This document shows positions 27,535 to 37,834 of a stretch of DNA of 64,000 bases, in pieces. Position numbers and translations under genes: made by a program. The notes under the pieces are model-generated. The model was not told where the DNA came from and ran no database searches. It saw only the letters and a list, made by a program, of their open reading frames with translations. The stretch comes from a virus, in IMG/VR virus record IMGVR_UViG_3300028608_000012, positions 1 to 64,000 of that record; one strand, given 5' to 3'. Position 1 is the first letter of the stretch; each line of letters starts with the position of its first letter.

Positions 27535-29709
27535 TTATCGGGCCATCGGTCTTACAAAGATGCGTGCCAGGTCGCCCACGATCGAATCGTTCACCTTGGC
27601 TGCAATGTTGTCAGCCCGGATACTTTGTTTCATGTCGAGGACAATGCCTGTCAGGTTACGGTTGAGACGTGCGTACTTCATCACGGTGTCGAGGTAGTCA
27701 ACACCGGTCAAACGAGACAGGTAGTTGTTGTAAGCCGTATCGTCGTTGAACAAACGGTTCGCTACCTGAGACGGGTTGGTGGCATCCAGCAAGCTGATAG
27801 AGCGGTCAACTGGAACGGTGATCAACGGCTCAAGGTCAACGATGGTGAAGTCGATCTTGATGTTCAGTGGCTTACGATCCAGAGTCCAACCACCGTCACC
27901 CGAACCAATGGTAAAGCTCAGGCTTTCCATCATGCCAGTACGAATGATCGAACGGGACTTACAGAAAGCTTTCAGCATGAACGGCGAGGTGTAGGTCGAA
28001 CCACCCGCAGAGTTCGGAGCCACCATCGGCAGGAACAACGCCAGCAATACCCAGATCTTCATGATCTGTTCGTAAGGGTGGGCGTAGTTACAGTTGGACG
28101 AGATCGAGTAGTTCTCCTTATGCAGGTTAGTCGTCGAACCGTCCCAGTGGTCAGCGATCTTCACGTAGCTGTTGTTCACCAGCGCCAGCGGGATGTTACC
28201 GATCACAGTACCAGACAGAGCACCGATTGCACCGTCTTTAAGGGTGTTCACAACGGTGTCGATGATACCGATACCCGTTGCACCACCAGCCACGTCAAAG
28301 CGGAAGTCGTTCGCTGCCTTAACCACCGAGTTGAACTTCTCAGCCATAGGGGACGGAGAATGGCTGTTGGAGAAGCTGTCCGTTACAGGACCCACGCCGC
28401 CATCAACACGGAAGGTGATTGCATCGAGACCGCCAGAGAACGCTGTCTGCACCAAGTCGGCTACGTCGCCTGCCCAGGTACGGTCGTTAGGGTTGTCTTC
28501 ATACGAGATGGTTTGCCCACTCGCAATGGCCTCGTTACCCCCGGTGTATGACGAAGCAGGTTGTGGACGGGTAGAACTCTGGTTAGGGTTGATCCCCGGC
28601 GTAGCACCCGGCGCACCTTGGCTGGAGTTCTCCATCCCAGTGCTTGAACCCGCAGTAGCACCAGTACCAGCACCGCCACCACTTAGATCGTCGACCTGTT
28701 CCTTAAAGCCGTTGTTGACGTTCTTGTAGGCTGATTCGTTGGCATACGCACTGTCCTGCTCAACAAACTTACCTTCATCCTCACCACGGTACTTACTGAC
28801 CGAGTTCATTTCCTTCTCAATAAACTCTTGAGTTGGATCACCTGCCCAAACAGTGTCATCGAAAGTAACTTCTTCCATGAGCTGTTGAGCGCGGTCGAAC
28901 TTCTGGTCCGGTGTGGTCAGCGCCTCGTTATCCATCGCTGCCAGTTTATTCAACATGACACGGTGTTTACGAGTACCCTTCATGATCAACCGCATTAGGT
29001 CGATCGTGCCGTCGGCGTTGATAACGTCAGGCATCAGCAGGCTCATGTCCGCCACAGCCTTGCTGTTATCGTAATCAGGCTTACGGCCGTACAGACCGTC
29101 AGTTTGTTCCTGGGTACGCTTAGGCAACACTGGATCGATGTAACCCAGCTTAACCATGAGGTCGTTGAGGATACCCGTGGCCGCCATGGTGTACGCACCC
29201 ATCGCTGGCTTACAAGTCCAGAAGTTGTTCTTCGGTGCATCCGTCAGGAACGACAGGAACTGAATGCCGATGCTGATCAACTGCATAGGCCAGAAGGCAA
29301 TAGCGGTAGCCGCCTGTCCCATGTAGAACGCCAATCCAGGAGCACGACCTTTGTTAGCAATGATCGCAGCAGAAGGGCTGAACATGTTGGTAATGAAACT
29401 GAGCAAACCAGCAAACTGCGGAACGCTCGGTGTCAGGGTCAATAGGGTAACGTTGTTTTCGTATACCTCTTTGTACATGCTTCCCATACCACCCTCAGAC
29501 GAATTCAAGAATCGACTGTAACGAGGGTCGGTGGCTGGGCTGCTTTGGGGAATAGGGTTAACGTAGCGGTTATCACCTGTTGCGCTGCTAAACACGTTGA
29601 AGTAACGATCCCAGTCCATTTGCTGTAACAGGTCGCTGGGTTGGACACCACGTGTAAGCAAACGAAACGACTTGGTGATAATGTCGCGATCTCGAACACT
29701 TACGGTCAT
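27535..29709 (-). CDS. Tail/baseplate structural protein (phiKZ gp182-like)
   Basis: 724 aa; directly downstream of the large lysin; INPIPQ...DP and YTSPF..KA motifs. Confidence 0.65.
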   Translation of the reverse strand: MTVSVRDRDIITKSFRLLTRGVQPSDLLQQMDWDRYFNVFSSATGDNRYVNPIPQSSPATDPRYSRFLNSSEGGMGSMYKEVYENNVTLLTLTPSVPQFAGLLSFITNMFSPSAAIIANKGRAPGLAFYMGQAATAIAFWPMQLISIGIQFLSFLTDAPKNNFWTCKPAMGAYTMAATGILNDLMVKLGYIDPVLPKRTQEQTDGLYGRKPDYDNSKAVADMSLLMPDVINADGTIDLMRLIMKGTRKHRVMLNKLAAMDNEALTTPDQKFDRAQQLMEEVTFDDTVWAGDPTQEFIEKEMNSVSKYRGEDEGKFVEQDSAYANESAYKNVNNGFKEQVDDLSGGGAGTGATAGSSTGMENSSQGAPGATPGINPNQSSTRPQPASSYTGGNEAIASGQTISYEDNPNDRTWAGDVADLVQTAFSGGLDAITFRVDGGVGPVTDSFSNSHSPSPMAEKFNSVVKAANDFRFDVAGGATGIGIIDTVVNTLKDGAIGALSGTVIGNIPLALVNNSYVKIADHWDGSTTNLHKENYSISSNCNYAHPYEQIMKIWVLLALFLPMVAPNSAGGSTYTSPFMLKAFCKSRSIIRTGMMESLSFTIGSGDGGWTLDRKPLNIKIDFTIVDLEPLITVPVDRSISLLDATNPSQVANRLFNDDTAYNNYLSRLTGVDYLDTVMKYARLNRNLTGIVLDMKQSIRADNIAAKVNDSIVGDLARIFVRPMAR

Positions 29710-29773
29710 TGATAAATACTCGGCTTGTGAAAATAAAAAAGAGAAGGTGGGAGTGACCCCACCCTCTGTAACA

Positions 29774-32700
29774 TCAGATGTTTACGCTGTTAGGCGCAGG
29801 CTCTGAGTTCTTAGCCATCTTCTCTAGGAGAGCATGGATACCCGCCAACAGTTGGTTCGTGTCGCTCTGCTTACTCACACCCTCCTCCGTAGTGGTGGTG
29901 AGTTTCGCCATCAAGCCACCCGGATCGGCAGGTTTCTCCGCTTCCGGAACTTGTACACGAGGTACTGGCTTGTATGGTTCAGGCGCCAGCTGGGCACTTG
30001 GCTGTGGAACAGCGCTAGGGCCAGCAACAGGACCTTGTGGGTTAGCAGTTGGACCACCTGGTTGTCCAGGCAATGGCAGGGAAGTATAAGGTCCAGGGAT
30101 TGCCCCTCCACCTGCTCCCGGCGCAACTTGAGCACCCCCGCCTTCTGCTGGGGCGTTGCTTTTCATTGCTGGTGTTGGAACGGTCGTTGTATCTGGCGGA
30201 GCAGAAGGCATCTGACCTGGATCGTACTGCTGATCCTTTTCAGTTACCGTACCACCCGCTGTTGTGTCCTGACCGGCTGGTTGTTCAGCACCAGACGCTT
30301 GTGCGAACTTATCCGCTGCTTCCTTGGTCTTGAAGCCCACATGCACGTGACCGCCAGTAGCACCAGCCGAAGCCTTAGCGTACTCGTCGATCAGAAGGAA
30401 CTCACTAGGCGCCATGTTGGCCGACCGCAGAATCCCCATCACGACAGCCATCCCCACCCTGGCACCGGCCGCGCCGTTGGTCAGAGTAAAGTCTAGCGCC
30501 AGCCCTTGAGCATGCTTGGAGTTGGGCTTCTTGTTTTTGTGGAACGCGTCGTTCAACGCAGAGAAGTAACGGAAGTTAGGGCACTTACTCTGGATCAGTT
30601 GAGCCAGACGGATAATACCAGGGTGAGCGTTACCGCCCGCAATGGCCTCTCCTGACTTCAACCGCAAGCCACTCGAGTTAATACCTGCCCCGCCACCTAC
30701 CAGAGAACCAGGTTCACTAGGAGCCTCGTTACCGTAGTTGCCACTGTAATCTCCGCCACCGCCACCGGGAGCCATCAGACTTGGAGGAGTCCCGTAGGAA
30801 CCACCGCCGCCGCCGCTAGCAGCACCGGCTGCGTTACGCGAACCGCCGCCTGGAGCCACACCGATCGGCGGAGTAGTACCGCCACCAATGGTTGGACCAG
30901 CAGGAGCACCATACATACCACCAGCACCCTGAGAAGGCGCAGCATTGGTACCCTGTGCAGCAGCATCATCCGCTTTCAACTGACCGCTTTGCAATTGCTT
31001 CAAGTAGTCAGTGTAGAGCTGGAAGCGCTTAGGCATCCCCGGCAGTTCGTTACCACCATTCAAGCCAGTGGCTGCACGACCGAAGTTACCGTCCTGCGTG
31101 ATGCTTTGCAGCAGCTTGCTGTTTTTGTAGAAGTTAACCGCAATAGCAGCCATGACGTTTGGATCGTTAGACGCCAGCTCTGGATTGTTCACCAGGTCAA
31201 TGCCCAGTTGTTGTCCAATGCGAGCGTACATTGACCGACCCGTCAGTTGTACCAAGCCACGACCGCGATACTTCCACCCATCTCCCGGTGCCACGTTACC
31301 GATCGACTGCCCCTTACCGCCACCGTAAACAGTGTTGGCGATAGCTACGGGACCTGCCGCGATAAGCGCACGCGCCTGTGGCAGGCTGGTAACTTCCCTG
31401 AACGTCTTCACCAGGTTTTCAGGTGTGGAGTAGTTCATGTTCTCTACGGTACGGCTGTAACCGCCGGTCTCGTAGTTGGTAAGTGCCAACATCTCAGCAA
31501 TCGCACGAGGATCCGTAAACCCTTGTTTCAACATCTCGCGAATGATGAGCTGCTCTGCCAACGACTTAGGTACCTTAACCCCGTTGTCCTTCCCGTCGGC
31601 TTGTTGCACACCACTGAGGTCCAGGTGACTGGTGTCGCTGTCGCCTGTTAGCGGTGCATAGCCGTAGGAGTTGCCAGGGGTCTGATAAGTACCGCCAAGC
31701 CCAAAGGTGTTGCCCGTACCAGAACCACGGCCGGTACTCGTACCAAACTGTCCACCGAGCGCAACGTCACGGCTGGTTTTAGCCTTGCTCACGTCATCGA
31801 CGTTTGCCCGTTTCGTTGTAAAGTCACCACCCGTCTTGTGAGGGGAGATGGTCGTAGCCCAAGCTTGAGTGTTGGTTTTACCGGCTTCCTTCTCTGGATC
31901 CTTCAGCTTAGCCGTTGTACTGGCTTCCCCGAGCACAGCCAGCATCCGGTCTACCCGGTCTGGTTTACCTGGAGATACCGAGTCCTTAAACGGCGCAGCC
32001 CTGACTACCCAGATCGGCACCAGCGTCGATTTATTGATCTCGACCTTAGTCTCTACCAGCCCACGAGCGATTTCATACCGAGCAGTTACCGACAGCGTAC
32101 GCCACACCACCCCAGGGTTACCACGGCGGTAGTTTTGTACCAGGTTGAAGTAGTTGATGAGGACTGGCATGAAACGGTCTTTAAACCACTTACACCAGTT
32201 GTCCGCATCTCCTGCATCCAGACGGAAGGCTTCCTTGAACAGGCCAAACACATCACCGACTTGACCGTTGAACTTAGCACCCCCTTCACCGATGGTCATC
32301 AGGGATTCGCAGTAGCGTTCCAGTCTCAGAACGGCATCCACACGCCAGGTCATATCCAGGTCGTTACCGTAGCACGCCAAACGAATACCAGTGAGCATAT
32401 CCACCGGACGGTCGTCAGGCAGCAAGTCCTTAATAAAGACCTGCGACGCCACCACACCTACCTTGTAGTTGCTGTTCAACTGCGCCAGCTGGCTATTCAC
32501 CTCATTCAGACGAGTTTGTGCTTTGATTACAGTCTGCAACTTTTCATTGCTATCAAAGAACCCACGAGGTGCGTCTACCTGCGCTTGCAACGCAGACTGT
32601 TCCTTCTTCAGCGCATCCACACCTACAGGCATAGCCACCGGTGCATTTTCAGCCACGCCATCGGTTTTACGGTCGATGTACTTCTTCAGCTCTTCCAGCA

Positions 32701-35700
32701 AGTTGTTGCAACGGACGACTGTAGCCTTCTCACCCAAGATAGGGGTTTCCGGATCGATCTTGGCGCTAATCGAGTACGGGAACGGCATCACCGAACCGAG
32801 GGTCTGGTGAACCTGCTTGGCTACCTTGTAGACGTCCTGACTCACCGCATCGTCATACTCCTTTAACGACTTCATCTTGACAACGTCGAGACAAGCCATG
32901 TAGGTCATGAAGACGGGTTTGAAACGACCGTTGAACCAGCTGAACACACTGCCCGCTTGTTGCTTGTCTTTAGGGTCGGTGATAAAGGCATTGAGGACTT
33001 CTTGAAGTGGAGCATCTTTGGACAACGATGCGCGACCGTTACCGATCACAACGAAGTCTTTCAGTTTCTCCTCGATCTGCACGATCTTCTTCGCGAGGTC
33101 ACTATCAGGATCAGACACACCGTACTGAGTCATCCGGAGTTCGTACTGCTTACCCGAACCACGTTTAACGTAGCGGTAGATCCCGTAGCCAATTGCACCT
33201 ACTGCAAGCACACCCAAAGTAACTGGGTTAAACAGCAGTGGAGCCGCCATCCCCCAACCAGCCGACAATGCAGTACCGGCACCCGCCGCAAGAGCACCCA
33301 CACCGATGTCCACACCAGCAGCCGCAGCCACGCCAGTGGCCACCTGGTAAGCACCTACCACGTTAGTGGCCGTTGCTACGGTGTCACCCAGCGACTCCAG
33401 CGCTCCACCCTCGTCGATCATTCCGGAACTAACCAGAGCATCGACACCCAAACCAACCGCCATACCGGCACCCAGTTTCCAAGCACCCTTCCCTACACGC
33501 CCACCAGGGGTCTTACGACCAGCTTCACGTGCAGCACGTTCTTCTTTGGTACGCTTCTTCCCACGCAGTTGGTCAAAGGCATCAGCACCTGCGCTAGTGA
33601 CACTGCGAGTGCGGATCAGTGTAAACAGACCCTTGGCAATGGCACCAATCCCCGTGGCGATAAATGGCAGCGTCTTGATACCGATACTGGCAAAACTGCC
33701 CAGCGTCTTGAAGCTGTTCCACCACGAACCCATGAAGAACGAAGAGAGACCAGCGATACCACCGGCAATTGCACCCAGTCCGTCTTTCAACAGGCCGAAG
33801 ATACCGGTGCGCTCTTTCTTCTCTTTCTCACCCTTCTTACCGAAGAACCCCATGCCCTTGCTCATACTGATCAAGGCATCTTTGGCGTCACTGTCTTTCT
33901 TCTTCTCGGCCTTTTCCAGCTTATCGGCACGAGAGTTAAGACGGTTGTTCTCTTCAGGTTGTTCACCCAGTTGCTCGCGAACACGAGCCTTGATACCTTC
34001 TTCCACAGAGCCGAGGAACTTATCCTTAGGTCGAGTATCTTCCGTCTCCCGACGTTCCACTTCCTCTGGACTTACCAAAGGTTGTTGCGAAGCCTGAGGA
34101 ATTTCCAGGCGATCGTGAACAACTTTGTTTTCCTCGTACTTCTTGTAGGCAGACTGCTTGAGCTTGATCTTCAGCTTCGGAGGCTTAACACCAGACTCAG
34201 GCACTTCTACCATATCGCCGCTCGGTGGAACAACCGAGGTAACAGGTGGAAGCTCCAGCTCAGCGTAACCCCAGTGCTTCAGCAGCAAGTGGTAGATACG
34301 GTCGACTGAGTTGACGATCGGACTGTAGTCGGCCTTGAGAGCCTTTACAGTGGCGTCCTTAGCCTTAATGAGACCAGGCATTGCCTTGGCACGCGCTTTG
34401 TTGAACAGGTCAAGACCAAAGACGCCCAGTTTCTTGCTAGCATCGCCCAGCTTGTTGATGCTCACACCCATCGAGGTTTTCAGACCACGGTCGTATTCCT
34501 CTTGGGTAATGATGACCTCACCGTCCTTGTCATAGACCGGACCCTCGATCTCATGCCAGCCTGTCAACTGAACCGCAGTACCGTCTTCACCACGTTTCCA
34601 GTAAGCACCAGCAGCAAAACGTTTGCCTACCAACACCGGAGAGCTGTCGCCCTCTTTGTAAACGTCCATCTGGTGGAAACGGTTAACGATCTTGTTCTTC
34701 AGACCTACAGCACGCCCAAACGGATCGACCCACTTAAACGCCTTGATTGCGAGCGAGCGGATCTTGCTCAAACCGCTGAGAAGAACTTCTTTGTTCTCTT
34801 TGGTGAAGAGCTTAGCCGACAGACGACGAGCACCAATGATGGTTTTCGTCACACCGTCTCGAACGCTACCAGAGATCTGCTTCCACGACGTGATGAGGAA
34901 TCCTTTCGTTGCATCGTAGTAGTCCTGGTTCGCCAGCTTGTGCGCTTCGAGGATTGGGGTATCAGAACCTTCCTCGTAGAGATCTTCGCTGTCCAGTGGG
35001 TCTCTGGCTTTCGCCATGGCGTGGTACTTGCTGTAAGCCAAAGCCACCGCAGCACCACCGCCTAACAGCGCAGCCGCTTTAGGGTCATGCAGGGCATAGG
35101 TAGCCAAGCCACCCAACAGACCACCCAACACCAACGGCTGGTTATCCAGCAGTTTACCCACGCCCTTGTTGAACATGTCCTTCAGGTTGGTTGCCTTCAG
35201 ACGGTCAATGATCGAACGCTTACCGGCGTTCTCGTCACGTACCTCTTCAGAGGTCTTCGGGACGCCACCGGTTGGCTGGCTGTTGAGGATACGAGTCAGG
35301 AGATCATTACGCTCACCCCCCATCTCTACCAGACGCTTAACCTGTTCGTTGAGACTGTCCATCCCTGCGGTTACAGGAGTCAGGTCCAGCAGCTGGCTCA
35401 TTGGGTTACTAGGACCCATGTTGGCAAACGCGTTCTTCAAATCACCCATGCTAGCCAGTGATTCAGTCAGCTTGTCCATCCCCTGAACCTTGATGCCCTC
35501 TGGAGCGGCTTCATCAGGGATTACAGGCGTTCTGTTGCCGAAGGTCGGCACAGTGTAGGGGAAGCCACCGAAACCGCCTGAGCGAGTTGGCAGAGGCGCA
35601 CGATCAGGGATCTGTTCACGTGTACGACGGTTAGGGTCAGCAATGAACTTACCCATCACGTCCCACATCATTTCCATGTTGACATCATCACGGCCAAACT

Positions 35701-37807
35701 CATCCGTGGTGATTACGCCCGATTCCTTCAAGGCATCATAACTGCCGGTGCCTTTCAGGATGTCCAGCTGGTTGGTGATGTCTGGAACAACGTTACCCAG
35801 ACTCTTAACCGCATCAGCAATCCCGACAACGTTCTTACGGGCCTTTTCAGTTGGCAGGTAAGCTGCCTTCTTAATACGGTCCACGTCACTGCCAGTTTCA
35901 AAATCAGCAATGTGTTTGTCGGTAATGTCGAAGGCAGCCTTCATGGCACGAGCGATTTCACGAGCGATCTTCGGAGAGACGCCAGCATGCTCATCCAGCT
36001 TCAGGTAGTTCCATGGCGTGAACGCCTCTTCCTTATCTGCACCTTGAATCAACTGCATCGACAGGGTGCGCTTGGCCTCAGGGCTGAGTGTACCCATACC
36101 CAGTTGGTCAATCGTGTCGGTCACGTTGTTAGACGCAGTTGCAGCCGACTGGAAGTTGTTACGGTTGAAGACCTGGTTAACAGCACTGTTAACCTTTTGT
36201 TCGTGGGTGATGAACTTAGCCTTCACGTAGTCATACGACGCTGGCTTCAGCTTGTCATCGCCGGTACGGGTCTTTTCCAACGACAGGTGGATCTGGCTCA
36301 ACCACTGAGGAATGATTTCGTTCAGGGTGCGATCACTACGACGGCTCCACTGAGTTTGCTCGTAGCTGTCTGCCAGCGTACGGTTGGTCAGGGAGTAACG
36401 GTTGCCGGAACTGGACCACGAGTTCTCGTAGAGCATCCCCAGGCCTTTGTTAGCGCCCTTCTTCAGTCCGTTCATGACGTTCCATTCCAGTTTCGAAATG
36501 GGTTTGTCAGTTGGACCTAGGGACGCCAGGTACTCGTCGTAGTCTTCGTGACCAGTCGTGTCGAAGCCGCCACTGTAGTGACGCTGCATGGCGTTAACCA
36601 GGCCCTCGGCGTTACCCGTGGTGTAGGTCGCTACGTTACCCAGATCCTCCATTCGCTTGTAAGCGTCTTCCGCCCACTTCGCTTGTTTCGGATAGTTCTT
36701 CTTGAACTTGGCTACGTACTCACGTGCCTTACCAGACTTCAGGAGGCGAGGCAGGTTGCTGATAAACAAACCAGCGGCAGCATTACCTGCGATGTCACCG
36801 AGATTGAGGCTCATCCCCTCAGTCATCTCGGAAGCCATGCGCAGAGAGCCTACAACGTCGCCTACGCCCTGGATGCCATCACGCCGTGCATCCTTACCGA
36901 ACTTGTCGTTGATGAACTCAGAGATGCCACCGAACTTGCTCTTGACCGTGCTGAAGAACTGCGAACGGATTTCCTTGCGGATAGCCTGGCTGTGAGAGGT
37001 CTTCTCATAGTCCGACATCTCCGAGAATTTACGGATGCTCTTCAGTTCGTTGATAACCCGGTGTTGAGCAGCTTCCTGGAACTTATAGTACTTGGCGTTG
37101 GTCAGGTACATCCGCGTCATGACGTTCAGTTGCATGGCATCGCTACGAGCTTTCACTCGACGCTGATGATCCAGCAACTGTTCCATGAGTTGGTTGTTAC
37201 GCACCAGAGACCGGTTGAGGGTGTTGATACCACCAATGGTCCGCCCGCCGACTTCAGACATCATGTCCATGGTACGGTCAGCGATGGTTTCCATCGTCGA
37301 ACGTTCTAGCAGGGAATTAGCTTCACCTGCCTCCATGACCATTTTGATTTCGTCGTCGTTGACGCCTTCCATCCGAGGAGCGCTGTCACTGTCCCCTTCA
37401 TAGTCGACCTTTTCCCAGTCAGAAAAGTCGTGATCACTGAATTTCATCAGTTGATCGGAGATTTTATTAGGACCCCCTTTACCCAGTTTGCCCGCAGCTC
37501 TTTTTGCGAGATACTGGAGATCCTGTACCGTCTGGTAACTATCCCCCTTAACTTCCTCCATTACCTCTTTACGGCGGCGGTTAAGTTCAGCGACGTTACT
37601 GAAAGCGCCGAGCCAGGTATTGGGCAAAGCCATTTTGAGGGTGTTGACCCTGGCGTCTGTGTCACCAATCGTCTTTCCGACGACCCCCGATAGGAAGCCC
37701 GTAGCAAAGCTTCTGATAAAGCCCGCTTTGGGTTTATCAAAATCGTCGTCAAAGTCTAGATCGCCACCGAAGGGATCATCGTCCCACGAATCGAAATCAT
37801 CGGCCAT
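29774..37807 (-). CDS. Tail-associated muralytic / tape-measure-like protein (phiKZ gp181-like) with GH19 and M15-like peptidase domains
   Basis: 2677 aa; acidic N-terminus; hydrophobic segments; ETGG...YRGRGLVQLTG...NG (GH19); SKHAQGLALD...HVH (M15/LAS). Confidence 0.85.
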   Translation of the reverse strand: MADDFDSWDDDPFGGDLDFDDDFDKPKAGFIRSFATGFLSGVVGKTIGDTDARVNTLKMALPNTWLGAFSNVAELNRRRKEVMEEVKGDSYQTVQDLQYLAKRAAGKLGKGGPNKISDQLMKFSDHDFSDWEKVDYEGDSDSAPRMEGVNDDEIKMVMEAGEANSLLERSTMETIADRTMDMMSEVGGRTIGGINTLNRSLVRNNQLMEQLLDHQRRVKARSDAMQLNVMTRMYLTNAKYYKFQEAAQHRVINELKSIRKFSEMSDYEKTSHSQAIRKEIRSQFFSTVKSKFGGISEFINDKFGKDARRDGIQGVGDVVGSLRMASEMTEGMSLNLGDIAGNAAAGLFISNLPRLLKSGKAREYVAKFKKNYPKQAKWAEDAYKRMEDLGNVATYTTGNAEGLVNAMQRHYSGGFDTTGHEDYDEYLASLGPTDKPISKLEWNVMNGLKKGANKGLGMLYENSWSSSGNRYSLTNRTLADSYEQTQWSRRSDRTLNEIIPQWLSQIHLSLEKTRTGDDKLKPASYDYVKAKFITHEQKVNSAVNQVFNRNNFQSAATASNNVTDTIDQLGMGTLSPEAKRTLSMQLIQGADKEEAFTPWNYLKLDEHAGVSPKIAREIARAMKAAFDITDKHIADFETGSDVDRIKKAAYLPTEKARKNVVGIADAVKSLGNVVPDITNQLDILKGTGSYDALKESGVITTDEFGRDDVNMEMMWDVMGKFIADPNRRTREQIPDRAPLPTRSGGFGGFPYTVPTFGNRTPVIPDEAAPEGIKVQGMDKLTESLASMGDLKNAFANMGPSNPMSQLLDLTPVTAGMDSLNEQVKRLVEMGGERNDLLTRILNSQPTGGVPKTSEEVRDENAGKRSIIDRLKATNLKDMFNKGVGKLLDNQPLVLGGLLGGLATYALHDPKAAALLGGGAAVALAYSKYHAMAKARDPLDSEDLYEEGSDTPILEAHKLANQDYYDATKGFLITSWKQISGSVRDGVTKTIIGARRLSAKLFTKENKEVLLSGLSKIRSLAIKAFKWVDPFGRAVGLKNKIVNRFHQMDVYKEGDSSPVLVGKRFAAGAYWKRGEDGTAVQLTGWHEIEGPVYDKDGEVIITQEEYDRGLKTSMGVSINKLGDASKKLGVFGLDLFNKARAKAMPGLIKAKDATVKALKADYSPIVNSVDRIYHLLLKHWGYAELELPPVTSVVPPSGDMVEVPESGVKPPKLKIKLKQSAYKKYEENKVVHDRLEIPQASQQPLVSPEEVERRETEDTRPKDKFLGSVEEGIKARVREQLGEQPEENNRLNSRADKLEKAEKKKDSDAKDALISMSKGMGFFGKKGEKEKKERTGIFGLLKDGLGAIAGGIAGLSSFFMGSWWNSFKTLGSFASIGIKTLPFIATGIGAIAKGLFTLIRTRSVTSAGADAFDQLRGKKRTKEERAAREAGRKTPGGRVGKGAWKLGAGMAVGLGVDALVSSGMIDEGGALESLGDTVATATNVVGAYQVATGVAAAAGVDIGVGALAAGAGTALSAGWGMAAPLLFNPVTLGVLAVGAIGYGIYRYVKRGSGKQYELRMTQYGVSDPDSDLAKKIVQIEEKLKDFVVIGNGRASLSKDAPLQEVLNAFITDPKDKQQAGSVFSWFNGRFKPVFMTYMACLDVVKMKSLKEYDDAVSQDVYKVAKQVHQTLGSVMPFPYSISAKIDPETPILGEKATVVRCNNLLEELKKYIDRKTDGVAENAPVAMPVGVDALKKEQSALQAQVDAPRGFFDSNEKLQTVIKAQTRLNEVNSQLAQLNSNYKVGVVASQVFIKDLLPDDRPVDMLTGIRLACYGNDLDMTWRVDAVLRLERYCESLMTIGEGGAKFNGQVGDVFGLFKEAFRLDAGDADNWCKWFKDRFMPVLINYFNLVQNYRRGNPGVVWRTLSVTARYEIARGLVETKVEINKSTLVPIWVVRAAPFKDSVSPGKPDRVDRMLAVLGEASTTAKLKDPEKEAGKTNTQAWATTISPHKTGGDFTTKRANVDDVSKAKTSRDVALGGQFGTSTGRGSGTGNTFGLGGTYQTPGNSYGYAPLTGDSDTSHLDLSGVQQADGKDNGVKVPKSLAEQLIIREMLKQGFTDPRAIAEMLALTNYETGGYSRTVENMNYSTPENLVKTFREVTSLPQARALIAAGPVAIANTVYGGGKGQSIGNVAPGDGWKYRGRGLVQLTGRSMYARIGQQLGIDLVNNPELASNDPNVMAAIAVNFYKNSKLLQSITQDGNFGRAATGLNGGNELPGMPKRFQLYTDYLKQLQSGQLKADDAAAQGTNAAPSQGAGGMYGAPAGPTIGGGTTPPIGVAPGGGSRNAAGAASGGGGGSYGTPPSLMAPGGGGGDYSGNYGNEAPSEPGSLVGGGAGINSSGLRLKSGEAIAGGNAHPGIIRLAQLIQSKCPNFRYFSALNDAFHKNKKPNSKHAQGLALDFTLTNGAAGARVGMAVVMGILRSANMAPSEFLLIDEYAKASAGATGGHVHVGFKTKEAADKFAQASGAEQPAGQDTTAGGTVTEKDQQYDPGQMPSAPPDTTTVPTPAMKSNAPAEGGGAQVAPGAGGGAIPGPYTSLPLPGQPGGPTANPQGPVAGPSAVPQPSAQLAPEPYKPVPRVQVPEAEKPADPGGLMAKLTTTTEEGVSKQSDTNQLLAGIHALLEKMAKNSEPAPNSVNI

Positions 37808-37834
37808 CTTTAACTCCTAAGGGATAATTTTTAA

